From contig JAYUFI010000999.1 in assembly GCA_043738805.1 (NCBI GenBank), positions 1-56,024 on the forward strand: 56,024 nt of DNA. Direction: 5' to 3'. The translations under genes were made by a program, and so were the position numbers. Positions 1 through 11,231 of this stretch are shown here, in pieces. The notes beneath the pieces were generated by a model. It was not told the DNA's origin, did no database searches, and saw only the letters and a program-made list of their open reading frames with translations. Source of the DNA: Planctomycetaceae bacterium (GTDB lineage: Bacteria > Planctomycetota > Planctomycetia > Planctomycetales > Planctomycetaceae). Position 1 is the first letter of the stretch, and each line of letters starts with the position of its first letter.

Positions 1-1
1 T

Positions 2-775
2 TTCAAGATCGACCTCGTCGAACCCAAAGTCCCACTCGCTCAAAACGGTTCGATGCAATTGAAGGTTGTGGCCACTCGTAAAGAGGGCTTCAAAGCTCCG
101 ATCACGTTGCTGTTCCCATTCGCTCCGCCAGGGATCGGAGCGGCACCGTCGGTCACGATTCCCGAAGGCCAGAACGAAGCTGTGTACCCGATCAACGCCG
201 CCGCCAATGCACAGGTCGGTAAGTGGCGCGTCTTCGTGCTCGGCTATGCTGAAATCGGCGGAGCTGCGTATTCATCGACACAGCTCGGCAATTTGGAAGT
301 CAGTGCTCCGTGGGTCACTTTTGCCATGGAACGTGCCGCCGTCGAACAAGGCCAACCGACCGAAGTCGTCTGCAAGGTTGATGTGGCGACACCCTTTGAA
401 GGGAGCGCCAACGTGCAACTCGTCGCGCTGCCGAACAAGGTTCTCTCGCAACCACTGCAATTCACGAAGGACACGAAAGAACTGGTTTTCAAGGTCACGA
501 CCGAGAAGGACAGCCCCGCGGGTAAGCACGGCATCTTTGGCGTCGTGGCCATCACGGCGAACGGCGAACCAGTGACGCACAACGTCGGCGGTGCCGAACT
601 CCGGATTGACGTGCCGCTCCCGCCAAAGCCGAACACGCCTGTCCCGATGCCAATGCCAGCGGTCGCCGCTGTGACACCGACACCGATGCCGGCAGCAGCA
701 GCACCTCCAAAGCGACTCAGTCGATTAGAACAACTTCGCGAAGACGCCAAGGTGAAAGCCGTGCAAGGTAAGTAA
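2..775 (+). CDS. hypothetical secreted/surface protein, C-terminal part (5'-partial at window edge)
   Basis: The frame is open from nt 2 (FKIDLVEPKVPLAQNGS) into the listed 53..775 ORF. It has beta-strand-rich, Ig-like-looking segments followed by a Pro/Ala-rich tail (PLPPKPNTPVPMPMPAVAAVTPTPMPAAAAPP). It is co-directional with the next gene and ends 57 nt upstream of it. Confidence 0.6.
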   Translation, partial: FKIDLVEPKVPLAQNGSMQLKVVATRKEGFKAPITLLFPFAPPGIGAAPSVTIPEGQNEAVYPINAAANAQVGKWRVFVLGYAEIGGAAYSSTQLGNLEVSAPWVTFAMERAAVEQGQPTEVVCKVDVATPFEGSANVQLVALPNKVLSQPLQFTKDTKELVFKVTTEKDSPAGKHGIFGVVAITANGEPVTHNVGGAELRIDVPLPPKPNTPVPMPMPAVAAVTPTPMPAAAAPPKRLSRLEQLREDAKVKAVQGK

Positions 776-832
776 GCGAGATCACCAATTCCGCCAGCCA
801 GAGAAACCAGTTTTTCATTGAGGATCGAGCTC

Positions 833-3274
<2,442 letters not shown>

Positions 3275-3292
3275 TCGCGGAGTGACTTCGCC

Positions 3293-3655
3293 ATGCCGAA
3301 GCCTCAAAAAACTTGGCGTGAGAAACTCGTTGATGACAAGAGCCTGCCGAAGGTCTCAGTCATTGAGAGCAAGTTGTTGAAACGTTGGAGCGAAGGAACG
3401 GTCGCTATTCCGGCTTCGCGAGAAGTAGACGAGGTCATGAAGGCAGTCCCCAAGGGACGCCTAATCACGACAGTGGAGGTCCGAGAGAAGGTCGCCAAGA
3501 AGCACAATGCCACGGTGACCTGCCCGATGTGTTGCGGCATCGTTGCGGATTATGAGCGTTGTTTGGTTTCTGGCAGTTCGACCGGTCGAGCGAAGGTCAG
3601 CGGTCAGGCAAGCTCAAAGGAAAGACTTGCAAAATTTGCCGGTCGAGGTCGATAG
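3293..3655 (+). CDS. MGMT-family (methyltransferase DNA-binding-domain-like) small protein with aberrant C-terminus; possibly frameshifted
   Basis: The first ~85 aa (MPKPQKTWREKLVDDKSLPKVSVIE...VPKGRLITTVEVREKVAKKHNATVTCP) resemble, from memory, a widespread ~140-aa MGMT-family protein. After CPM the sequence turns into low-complexity text (SGSSTGRAKVSGQASS). Overlapping ORFs in other frames at 3543..3812 and 3559..3759 could hold the remnant C-terminus. Confidence 0.4.
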   Translation: MPKPQKTWREKLVDDKSLPKVSVIESKLLKRWSEGTVAIPASREVDEVMKAVPKGRLITTVEVREKVAKKHNATVTCPMCCGIVADYERCLVSGSSTGRAKVSGQASSKERLAKFAGRGR

Positions 3656-3783
3656 AGGAAGTGGCGAAGAGTTTCCGGAATGTGACGAGTTTTTTTCAAC
3701 ACAGAAGGACAAAGAATCTCGCAGGGGGTTCCTCCGTGCTCTCTGTGCCTCAGTGTTGAAGCTTGGGTTTGGAGTTGAAGGAC

Positions 3784-6477
3784 ATGACAGTGCAATTCAA
3801 GCAATGGTTTAGCAGTGTGGTTGTGCTTGGTGGGTTGTTGGGCGGGAGTTTCGTCGCCAACTCACAAGCGGCCGATGCTCCGAAGGTCACTTACGCCGAT
3901 CATGTTTTGCCGATTCTGCGAGCTAAGTGCTTGAGTTGCCACAATACGGATAAGAAAAGTGGTGGGCTCGATCTATCGAACTTCACGGCCGTAAAGACGG
4001 GTGGTGGGTCGGGCGAAATTTTTGATCCGGGTAATTCTGGTGCGAGCATTCTGTGGAAGGTGATCAACCACGAAGAAGAGCCGAAGATGCCGCCCAACAG
4101 CGACAAGCTGCCGGCTGACATGCTTGCGGTCATCAAAAATTGGATCGACGGCGGAGCACTCGAGACGTTGGGCAGCAAGGCGCTCGCCAGCAAGAAGCCG
4201 AAGATGGACTTGAAGCTCACCGCTGCTCCGACCGTGCGTCCAGAAGGTCCGCCGCCGATGCCGGGACGGATGAGCCTTGCTCCAGTTGTGCGCACGAAAA
4301 CGACGACGGCTATCACCAGCCTTGCGGTCAATCCGTGGTCGCCGCTCGTGGCCGTGCCCGGTCAGAAACAAGTTTTGCTGTACAACACGGCGACACTCGA
4401 ATTGCTCGGCGTACTGCCGTATCCGGAAGGGATTCCGCAGGTACTCAAGTTCAGCCGCAACGGGAGCCTGTTGATGGCCGCAGGCGGACATGCAGCCGCT
4501 CAGGGCAAGGTTGTCATCTTCAATGTGCGAACCGGTGAACGAGTCACCGAAGTTGGTGATGAACTCGACACGGTCCTTGCGGCAGATATCTCCCCCGATC
4601 AATCGCTGATCGCACTCGGTGGCTCCGCGAAGATGATTCGCGTGTACTCAATCGCCGATGGGGCGAAACTATGGGAGTCGAAGAAGCATACTGACTGGGT
4701 CACATCTTTGGCGTTCGCACCGGACAGCGTGTTGCTCGCGACTGGTGATCGGAACGGTGGAGCGTTCGTTTGGGAGGCCGAAACTGGTCGTGAATTCCAT
4801 ACGCTGAAAGCTCATACGGCAATGATTACTGGTTTCTCGTGGCGGCTCGATTCCAACATCCTCGCGTCGTGCAGCGAAGACACGACCGTGCGTCTGTGGG
4901 AGATGGAAAACGGCGGCAACGTGAAAGGCTGGGGAGCACACGGAGTCGGAGCATCTTCCGTCGATTTCGCTCGCGACGGCCGCATCATTTCCGCTGGCCG
5001 CGACCGAGTCGTGAAAATTTGGGATCAGAACGGTACTGCCGTGCGAGCCTTCGAGGCGATGGGAGACATCGCCCTGGCTTGCGTGATTTGTAACGAAACA
5101 AACCGCGTCATCGGAGCCGATTGGACCGGAGCGATCCGCGTCTGGAACGCCGTTGACGGCGTGAAGATCGGCGACCTAACACCGAACCCGCCGACGCTCG
5201 AAGAGCGTCTGGCCGCTGCGAATGCCGCCGTGCAAGCGACAACTGCCGAAGCGAAGACCGCAGCGGATGGATATGTCGCGGCTCAAGCCGCTGCTGACAA
5301 AGCGAAGGCCGATCTCAACACGGCCAACACGAAGATGGCTGAACTGACGGCGGTCGTTACCGACACGACTGCCGCTGCGGTGAAGAGCAAAGAAGTCATC
5401 GCCGTCGCGCAAGCTGTTCACGATGCTGCTGCGAAGGTTGTGGCGGTGCTCGATCCTGTTGTTCCGGCGTTGAACGACTCAGTGACGAAAGGGACGGAGG
5501 CCGCTGCGAAGAATGCTGAAGACAAAGAAGTTGCCGCCGCTGTCGCCGCGTTGAAAGCGTTGTTGGACAACCGAATCACCACGCTGACCAACAATAAGAA
5601 AGTTGTCGCGGACAAAGTCGTCGAATTAACCAAGGGCAAAGAACTACTCGTTGCTCAAGAAAAACTGATCACCGACAGTAACGTCGCGATCGAAGCGGTC
5701 AAAAAAACGATCCCCGATCTGACAGTTGCCGATAAAACGATGACTGAGAAAGCGGTCGCCGCGAAAGCGGTTGCCGACGCCGCGAACGTGAAGTTCGCCG
5801 CTTCTCAGCAGCAAGTCGCTCGCTGGACCGCTGAGATCGACTTCGCCATGAAATTGCGAGTGCTCAGTGAGAAGCAAGCTCTCGCCGCTCCGCTCGTCGC
5901 GATCTCAGAGGAAGCGCTCGCGGCTGTCAACAAGATGAAGGCTGATGTTGCTGCCGCTCAGCAAGTGGTCGCGACGTCCCAGACGAACGTCGATAACGCC
6001 AATGCCGCTGTCGCCGCTGCCAAGCAAGTTCTAAGCACCGCAACCGCTGAACATGCCGCGATCACCACCACCGTTGCTGGTCTCGAAGCCGCAATTCCGG
6101 CGCTCAAAGACGCTCAAGCCAAAGGAGCTGAAGCCGCCGCTAAAACTCCGACCGACAAGGAACTCGCCGCTGCTGCCGAGATGCTTAAGGCTGTTCTCGA
6201 AAAACAAATGGCAAGCTTAGCCGCGATGAAAGCCATGCTTGCCGAGAAGGCAGTCGCTGTTGAAAAGGCGAAAGTCATCGTCAGTGAAATGGAAAAGAAA
6301 ACCACTGATGCCGTCGCCGTACTCACCGCCGCGAATGCTAAAGTCGGCGAACTCACCGCCGCGATGAAGCCCATCGAAGACCAGTTCGCTTCGGCCAGAC
6401 AAGCGGCTGATCAAGCACTGCAACCCGTCACCGCGTTGCTGCAAGAGATTCAGAGGCTGAGAGAAGTGAAATTGTAG
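3784..6477 (+). CDS. PSCyt1 (planctomycete cytochrome-c-like) - WD40 repeat - Ala-rich coiled-coil protein
   Basis: ATG at 3784 is preceded by GGAG. There is a signal/TM segment (FSSVVVLGGLLGGSFVANSQA) and a CxxCH motif in VLPILRAKCLSCHNTDKKSGGLDLS. WD40-like repeats are visible (HTDWVTSLAFAPDS..LATGDRNGGAFVWE; HTAMITGFSWRLDS..LASCSEDTTVRLWE; ..RVVKIWD; ..AIRVWN). The last ~430 aa are alanine-rich and heptad-like. Confidence 0.88.
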   Translation: MTVQFKQWFSSVVVLGGLLGGSFVANSQAADAPKVTYADHVLPILRAKCLSCHNTDKKSGGLDLSNFTAVKTGGGSGEIFDPGNSGASILWKVINHEEEPKMPPNSDKLPADMLAVIKNWIDGGALETLGSKALASKKPKMDLKLTAAPTVRPEGPPPMPGRMSLAPVVRTKTTTAITSLAVNPWSPLVAVPGQKQVLLYNTATLELLGVLPYPEGIPQVLKFSRNGSLLMAAGGHAAAQGKVVIFNVRTGERVTEVGDELDTVLAADISPDQSLIALGGSAKMIRVYSIADGAKLWESKKHTDWVTSLAFAPDSVLLATGDRNGGAFVWEAETGREFHTLKAHTAMITGFSWRLDSNILASCSEDTTVRLWEMENGGNVKGWGAHGVGASSVDFARDGRIISAGRDRVVKIWDQNGTAVRAFEAMGDIALACVICNETNRVIGADWTGAIRVWNAVDGVKIGDLTPNPPTLEERLAAANAAVQATTAEAKTAADGYVAAQAAADKAKADLNTANTKMAELTAVVTDTTAAAVKSKEVIAVAQAVHDAAAKVVAVLDPVVPALNDSVTKGTEAAAKNAEDKEVAAAVAALKALLDNRITTLTNNKKVVADKVVELTKGKELLVAQEKLITDSNVAIEAVKKTIPDLTVADKTMTEKAVAAKAVADAANVKFAASQQQVARWTAEIDFAMKLRVLSEKQALAAPLVAISEEALAAVNKMKADVAAAQQVVATSQTNVDNANAAVAAAKQVLSTATAEHAAITTTVAGLEAAIPALKDAQAKGAEAAAKTPTDKELAAAAEMLKAVLEKQMASLAAMKAMLAEKAVAVEKAKVIVSEMEKKTTDAVAVLTAANAKVGELTAAMKPIEDQFASARQAADQALQPVTALLQEIQRLREVKL

Positions 6478-6524
6478 TCGAAATTATTCATCGTCTCTTC
6501 TGAAAATAAGCGGTGTGCCGCTCA

Positions 6525-6584
6525 GTGACCTGACGCGTGAGTGGAGCGAGCCGTTGTGTCCCCCTCACGGATGCGTCGGGTGAC
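6525..6584. repeat. imperfect inverted repeat pair (REP-like) in the 350-nt spacer after the WD40 gene
   Basis: GTGACCTGACGCGTGAG (6525-6541) is roughly complementary to CTCACGGATGCGTCGGGTGAC (6564-6584). Confidence 0.45.
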
Positions 6585-6845
6585 ATTCGAGTCGTGAATA
6601 ACCCCGGACCATGCGACGAAGCTGCAACGCGGCTGACGTGTCTTGCGCCAGCGCGGACACGAGACACGCTCGCTACGAACTCCGCGCCGTGTGACAACGT
6701 CTTCGTATCGGCAAGCTGCCGATGTCGCGCTTTCTGCAAAAGTCTCAAAAAATTGACAAGACTTGGCGCGTCATTGCGAAGAACTCCGGTTGAGGCCATT
6801 TGAGCCTGCGACTTTTCTTTGGCCTGAGTGAATGGGAGACCGGCG

Positions 6846-7679
6846 ATGATCAAGCAAGCGATTTACGGTGTGGCGACAGTGGGAGCATTGGCCAGCTTCG
6901 TGTTTGGACGAGATGTGGTGAGTTACGCACGAACCTGGGGCACCTCGGTTCGACAGACTGTGAAGCGGGAAGTCCCAATCGACTTTGAGGTGGCACGGGC
7001 TCGTGAGTTGGTTGAGCAACTCATCCCCGACATCCGCAATTGCATGCACGTCATCGCCGAACAAGAGGTCGATGTCGAAAACCTCACCGGCGAACTGGCT
7101 CGCAAAGAAGCTGATTTGACCACGCAGAAGGAGGTCATCCTCTCGAGACAAACTAATCTGAAAACCGGGCAAGCGAGCTTCACGATCGCCGGGCATACTT
7201 ACTCTGCCGATCAAGTGCGAACCGATCTGGCGAAACGGTTTGATCGGTTCAAAGTCTCGGAAGAGACGCAGAAGAAAGAGAAGCAGGTTTTGGATGCTCG
7301 GCAGAAGGCGCTGACCGCGAATCGCGAAAAGCTGGACAACATGCTGGCGGCGAAGACGGATCTTGAACTGCAACTGGAGCAACTCGAAGCCCGCCTGAAG
7401 ATGGTTCAAGCCGCCGAGACGATCAGCACCGTCAGCATCGACGACAGCCAATTGACTCGAATGAAGAAGCTGATTCGTGAGCTCAACAAACAACTGGATG
7501 TCCGCGAAAAAGTGATGGCCACAGACGGCAAACTGACCGATCTGATTCCCGCTGAATGGCAGAGTACCGCTCCGAAAGATCTCGAAGCTCAGATCGAAGC
7601 CCACTTCAGCCCGCAGGCCGATACGTCAGAATCGAAGCCGGAGCAAAAGGTCGTCAAGCTGGATGCGCTGCGGCCGTAA
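6846..7679 (+). CDS. membrane-anchored coiled-coil protein, PspA/IM30-like (tentative)
   Basis: ATG at 6846 follows GGGAGA. There is an N-terminal TM segment (IYGVATVGALASFVFG). A ~230-aa heptad-rich region follows, whose beginning (ARELVEQLIPDIRNCMHVIAEQEVDVENLTGELARKEADL) parallels the PspA N-terminal helices. Confidence 0.5.
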   Translation: MIKQAIYGVATVGALASFVFGRDVVSYARTWGTSVRQTVKREVPIDFEVARARELVEQLIPDIRNCMHVIAEQEVDVENLTGELARKEADLTTQKEVILSRQTNLKTGQASFTIAGHTYSADQVRTDLAKRFDRFKVSEETQKKEKQVLDARQKALTANREKLDNMLAAKTDLELQLEQLEARLKMVQAAETISTVSIDDSQLTRMKKLIRELNKQLDVREKVMATDGKLTDLIPAEWQSTAPKDLEAQIEAHFSPQADTSESKPEQKVVKLDALRP

Positions 7680-7699
7680 TGCGATTGAGTTGCTTGTAG

Positions 7700-7786
7700 G
7701 TAGCCGTCACGCTCCGCGTGACGAGCCGAGCGCTTGCCAACGCCTAGCGAAGCCGACCGGCTCATCACATGAAGCGTGATGGCTAC
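7700..7786. repeat. REPIN-like doublet, GTAG-headed hairpins in inverted orientation
   Basis: GTAGCCGTCACGCTCCGCGTGACG (7700-7723) is paired with CATCACATGAAGCGTGATGGCTAC (7763-7786), whose reverse complement is GTAGCCATCACGCTTCATGTGATG. The heads point outward. Confidence 0.7.
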
Positions 7787-7815
7787 GTTGATTAGGTCGC
7801 GAATGAGACGGGCGA

Positions 7816-8511
7816 GTGGTCCTGCTCGCCGGAATGCCTTCCATCATGCTCAGCTTTCTCCGTCATCCACTGGTTACGAATCGCGCTTCGACGCATGGCG
7901 CGATGTTCGTGGTTTGGATCGACGGAGTGGGTTGTTTCTGGATCAGTTTGCAGGACCGCCTCTCGATTGGTGGGCCGTACACGTCGTCGGCCAAACCGCT
8001 TGATCCGCTTGAGGCAGCGGACATCGCCATTCTCTCCGACTTGAAGCGACAACATGCGACGATTGTGCGATCGGGTGAAGGGTATTTGCTGGAGGCCAAC
8101 GGTTCGGTGCGAGTGTCCGGACGAGATGTCGTTGATCGTGCGGCGTTGAGTGACGGCACGGTCATTGAACTTGGTCGCAGTGTGCATTTACGGTTTCGGC
8201 AGCCGTCGGCGTTGAGCTTATCAGCGCGGCTCGACTTCTTCAGCGATCATCGTCCGGCTCAAACGGTCGATGGAGTCATATTGCTGGCGGACACCTGCCT
8301 GCTTGGATCGAGTGACGAGAATCACATCGTCTGCCCTGATTGGCCCGGGCAAGTGTTGCTCGTGCGGCAAGAGGGCGAATTGTGGTGTCGGTCGCGAATG
8401 AAGATATCGGTCAACGGACAGCACATCGGAAGTGGACAAAAATTGGTGTCTGGCGATGTGGTTTCGAGCGACGAGTTGCGGTTTCGGATAGAGAAGCGAA
8501 AACCGATTTAG
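7816..8511 (+). CDS. FHA domain-containing protein (start uncertain: 7816 GTG, 7834 ATG or 7903 ATG)
   Basis: FHA-like core: ADIAILSDLKRQHATIVRSGEGYLLEANGSVRVSGRDVVDRAALSDGTVIELGRSVHLRF. A second degenerate FHA-like half follows (..WCRSRMKISVNGQHIGSGQKLVSGDVVSSDELRFRI). Confidence 0.75.
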   Translation: MVLLAGMPSIMLSFLRHPLVTNRASTHGAMFVVWIDGVGCFWISLQDRLSIGGPYTSSAKPLDPLEAADIAILSDLKRQHATIVRSGEGYLLEANGSVRVSGRDVVDRAALSDGTVIELGRSVHLRFRQPSALSLSARLDFFSDHRPAQTVDGVILLADTCLLGSSDENHIVCPDWPGQVLLVRQEGELWCRSRMKISVNGQHIGSGQKLVSGDVVSSDELRFRIEKRKPI

Positions 8512-8561
8512 ACGTCATTGAACGCCCCAATAACACCTTGGAGTTAGCACAAGTGAATAGT

Positions 8562-8612
8562 ACGACGCGCCAGCGAGTGGTTCAAAATGAAAACCACTCG
8601 TTGGCGCGTCGT
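8562..8612. terminator. 21-bp stem hairpin between convergent genes (bidirectional terminator candidate)
   Basis: ACGACGCGCCAGCGAGTGGTT (8562-8582) pairs with AACCACTCGTTGGCGCGTCGT (8592-8612). The loop is 9 nt and there is one G-T wobble. Confidence 0.7.
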
Positions 8613-8640
8613 GCTTGCTGGCGATGCGTCAAACCGTCGG

Positions 8641-8883
8641 CTATTTGTGATAGCCCAAACCGGCCATGACGTTATACAGCTCTTCGTAGGTGATGAACCG
8701 ACGACGGTGCAGCAGCTTATATTGGTCGATTGCTTCGGCCAATTCCTGAGCATCGGGGTTTAGATACGTGTGACCATCGCGGAATTGGCGGCGATCCGGA
8801 GCTCCACCGGGGCGACCGTCATCTTCGGCTCGGCGATCCATGAAAGTGACTTGCTTCTGCTCTAACATTTGGGTCATTAGCAT
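8641..8883 (-). CDS. small hypothetical protein (80 aa)
   Basis: This intact ORF is convergent with the FHA gene and has a protein-like composition (..NPDAQELAEAIDQYKLLHRRRFITYEELYNVMAGLGYHK). I recognise no family. Confidence 0.5.
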   Translation of the reverse strand: MLMTQMLEQKQVTFMDRRAEDDGRPGGAPDRRQFRDGHTYLNPDAQELAEAIDQYKLLHRRRFITYEELYNVMAGLGYHK

Positions 8884-9082
8884 GCTCCTGAAGTGTTCGA
8901 CCGAATGAACCTAGGCCACGCGGCGTGGTCGAGCAAACGGGCGTCGCGCAGGGTTGGGCAGATTTTTGCCCTTGGCCGTCAGTGGCTGCGGAATTCCGTG
9001 GAATCCCTCCAACTGGCGCGTCCGACACAACAGGAAGACGCTTCGTTCCGCGATCTCCTTTTCGCATCGACTGCGAGCCAAT

Positions 9083-10072
9083 ATGAAAATCACTGTTCTT
9101 GGTGGCGGCGGTATGGCAACGGCTTGTGCGATTGTGCTGGCCGAACATCCCGACCAAACCGTCTCAATCTGGGCGAGAAACCCCGACTTCGCGCGCGACA
9201 TGGCGACGCTTCGGTTCAATCGCCGCTTGTTGCCGGAGGTGAGAATTCCGGACGCGATTGAAATTACTTCAGACATCGCCGCCGCCGTGAAGAACGCAGA
9301 CGTGCTCGTCGCTGCGATCCCGACTGCTTACTTGCGACAAGCACTGACCGACATCGCCGATCGTCTTCCTGTTGGCATTCCCGTCATCAGTACGATCAAA
9401 GGTTTGGAAAACGAGACGTTCGCACGCCCGTCGCAGGTCATCACCAGTGTGCTCGGATCGCGACCGGTCGCTGTGCTCGGCGGGCCGTGTCACGCAGAAG
9501 AAGCCGCTCGACGATTGCCCGCCAGCGTCGTGATTGCCAGTGATGATGTCGCTTTTGCCGAACAGGTTCAGAGGCTGTTCAACACCGAGCGATTCCGGGT
9601 CTATACGAATCGCGACATCGTCGGCGTTGAACTCGCCGGAGCGTTGAAGAACGTCATCGCGATCGCGGCCGGGATCTGCGATGGGCTCGGTTACGGCGAC
9701 AACGCCAAGTCCGCGCTGATCACGCGCGGCCTCGCCGAGATGACTCGTTTCGGTCGCGCGATGCAGGCGGACGAGCGGACGTTCTTCGGACTCGCGGGGC
9801 TCGGCGATCTCATCACCACGTGCGTCAGCCGACATGGTCGCAATCGCGGAGTCGGCGAGCGGCTTGGCAAAGGGGAGTCGATCACCGACATCCTCGCCAG
9901 CATGACCGCAGTTGCTGAAGGAGTGACCACCGCTCGCAGCATCCACAACCTTGCGCGAGCGCAGGGGATCGACATGCCGATCACGCGTGAAGTCTTCGCG
10001 GTGTTGTTTGAAGGCAAGTCTCCGGCTGCGGCAACGGACTCGCTGATGCAACGCCCAGCGCGGGGAGAGTGA
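9083..10072 (+). CDS. gpsA: NAD(P)H-dependent glycerol-3-phosphate dehydrogenase
   Basis: The protein starts MKITVLGGGGMATACAIVLA (Rossmann GxGxxA motif). Also present are ..LENETFARPSQVI.., GPCHAEE and KNVIAIAAGICDGLGYGDNAKSALITRGLAEMTRFG. The upstream 43 aa of the listed ORF are not homologous. Confidence 0.93.
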   Translation: MKITVLGGGGMATACAIVLAEHPDQTVSIWARNPDFARDMATLRFNRRLLPEVRIPDAIEITSDIAAAVKNADVLVAAIPTAYLRQALTDIADRLPVGIPVISTIKGLENETFARPSQVITSVLGSRPVAVLGGPCHAEEAARRLPASVVIASDDVAFAEQVQRLFNTERFRVYTNRDIVGVELAGALKNVIAIAAGICDGLGYGDNAKSALITRGLAEMTRFGRAMQADERTFFGLAGLGDLITTCVSRHGRNRGVGERLGKGESITDILASMTAVAEGVTTARSIHNLARAQGIDMPITREVFAVLFEGKSPAAATDSLMQRPARGE

Positions 10073-10117
10073 GCGCATCTCGTAGAACGGTTTGAAAAAC
10101 CGTTCTACGAGATGCGC
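10073..10117. terminator. perfect 21-bp hairpin containing a GTAGAACGGTTT REP motif; bidirectional terminator between gpsA and the peptidase gene
   Basis: GCGCATCTCGTAGAACGGTTT (10073-10093) and AAACCGTTCTACGAGATGCGC (10097-10117) flank the loop gaa. The left arm starts 1 nt after the gpsA stop. The right arm overlaps the last codons and the stop of the minus-strand gene. Confidence 0.8.
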
Positions 10118-11181
10118 TGCTCATCATTCGCGGATGCTTGGTCCGGAAATTCAACGGGAATCAATGCTGAACCGCGCCACCAGCGGACAATTCCCAAGAG
10201 AATGCTCAGTAGCACAAACGAGACGGTGGCGAGAATTGCCAAGCTGGGGATGTCGCCAAACAGCTTGCGGATCGACACGCGCGGAGTCGGTTCCCATTGC
10301 CAAATCCATTTCCAGAAAAACATCACGATCAACGCGGCCACACTGAGGTACGGCCCGTACGGAACATACGAGCGATTGACCATCGTCTTCACGACCACGC
10401 CGACGAAGATCCCACAGAACGGTGCAAACAAAAAGACAAACACCATCGGCTGCCAACCGAGGAAGCTGCCGATCATCGCCATCAAAGTGACATCGCCGAG
10501 CCCCATCGCCTCTTGTCCAAGCACGACCGATGAGACCAACCGTGACAGCCACGTGATCCCGGCTCCCGATATGGCACCGGCGACACTCCACACCAATCCA
10601 TGCCAATGCGGATGTTGCTTGATCCATTCAGGAATCTCTGGCCCTATCACGGCGACGAGTGGATGATTCCAGTCCACCCAAAAGTGAATGAGCTGCGCAT
10701 CACCGGAAGCTGTCGCGAGGATCGCTCCGAAAAGCGTTCCAGGGTACGTAATCCAATCAGGAATGATGTATTCACGCAAATCGGTCGCAGTCGCGGTGAT
10801 CAACAAGGCGAGTAACACGAAATGGGACAGCAAGCGTCCATTTCGCCAAAAGAGAGACGGGACAACTTCGTGAATTCGTTGCCCCTCCATCGCGACGATG
10901 GCAAACGCTCCCAACGCAAATAGACTGCCAGTGATCAACGTCGCTACCAGTGTTTCGCGTCGTCGCGGCGGTTCGTCACACAGCCGATTCGCCCACGCGG
11001 CGAGCAGCGGTCCCAATGCCAAGCCAACGACGAACGCAATCGCGGACAACAGACACGCTTCGTTGGCCGCGAGATGAAAGAAACCGTTGGGGACAAGTTG
11101 CACGAGGCTCGCATCCTGTTTGAGCGATTCGATTGGCACACGCCATGCGATAAGATACCGCTGAGCCGATGCCAGTTCCAT
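10105..11181 (-). CDS. A24-family prepilin (type IV leader) peptidase
   Basis: This is a polytopic membrane protein with the two Asp motifs of the family: TDLREYIIPDWITYPG and GLGDVTLMAMIGSFLGWQ. Confidence 0.85.
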   Translation of the reverse strand: MELASAQRYLIAWRVPIESLKQDASLVQLVPNGFFHLAANEACLLSAIAFVVGLALGPLLAAWANRLCDEPPRRRETLVATLITGSLFALGAFAIVAMEGQRIHEVVPSLFWRNGRLLSHFVLLALLITATATDLREYIIPDWITYPGTLFGAILATASGDAQLIHFWVDWNHPLVAVIGPEIPEWIKQHPHWHGLVWSVAGAISGAGITWLSRLVSSVVLGQEAMGLGDVTLMAMIGSFLGWQPMVFVFLFAPFCGIFVGVVVKTMVNRSYVPYGPYLSVAALIVMFFWKWIWQWEPTPRVSIRKLFGDIPSLAILATVSFVLLSILLGIVRWWRGSALIPVEFPDQASANDEQRIS

Positions 11182-11231
11182 TCGCCGAGGTGGCGAGGAG
11201 GCGATTCGGTGACATCAAGCGAAATGCTCAC

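Noticed and set aside
3543-3812. ORFs 3543..3812 and 3559..3759 as independent small genes.
   Set aside because: They overlap each other and the 3' end of the MGMT-like ORF, and they run into the start region of the WD40 gene. They are better explained as remnants of a frameshifted gene.
5200-6474. The alanine-rich region as a DNA-level tandem repeat/VNTR or contingency locus.
   Set aside because: No exact nucleotide repeats are visible. Similarity exists only at protein level and codons vary, so it is an ancient duplication plus compositional bias.
6753-6781. TTGACA -35-like hexamer upstream of the PspA-like gene.
   Set aside because: No acceptable -10 hexamer is present at 16-18 nt spacing (GCGAAG or TGCGAA), and planctomycete promoter consensus is poorly known.
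6488-6853. ORFs 6488..6853 (-) and 6537..6803 (+) in the spacer after the WD40 gene.
   Set aside because: The two overlap each other and run through palindromic repeat DNA. Their composition is Arg/Cys/Ser-rich, and they have no start context or homology.
8954-9082. N-terminal 43-aa extension of gpsA, and similar extensions at 11169 for amtB, 29801 for the Moco subunit and 13096 for glnB.
   Set aside because: Homology, signal peptides and Shine-Dalgarno sequences place the true starts at 9083, 11280, 29978 and 13201. The extensions overlap upstream genes or promoters.
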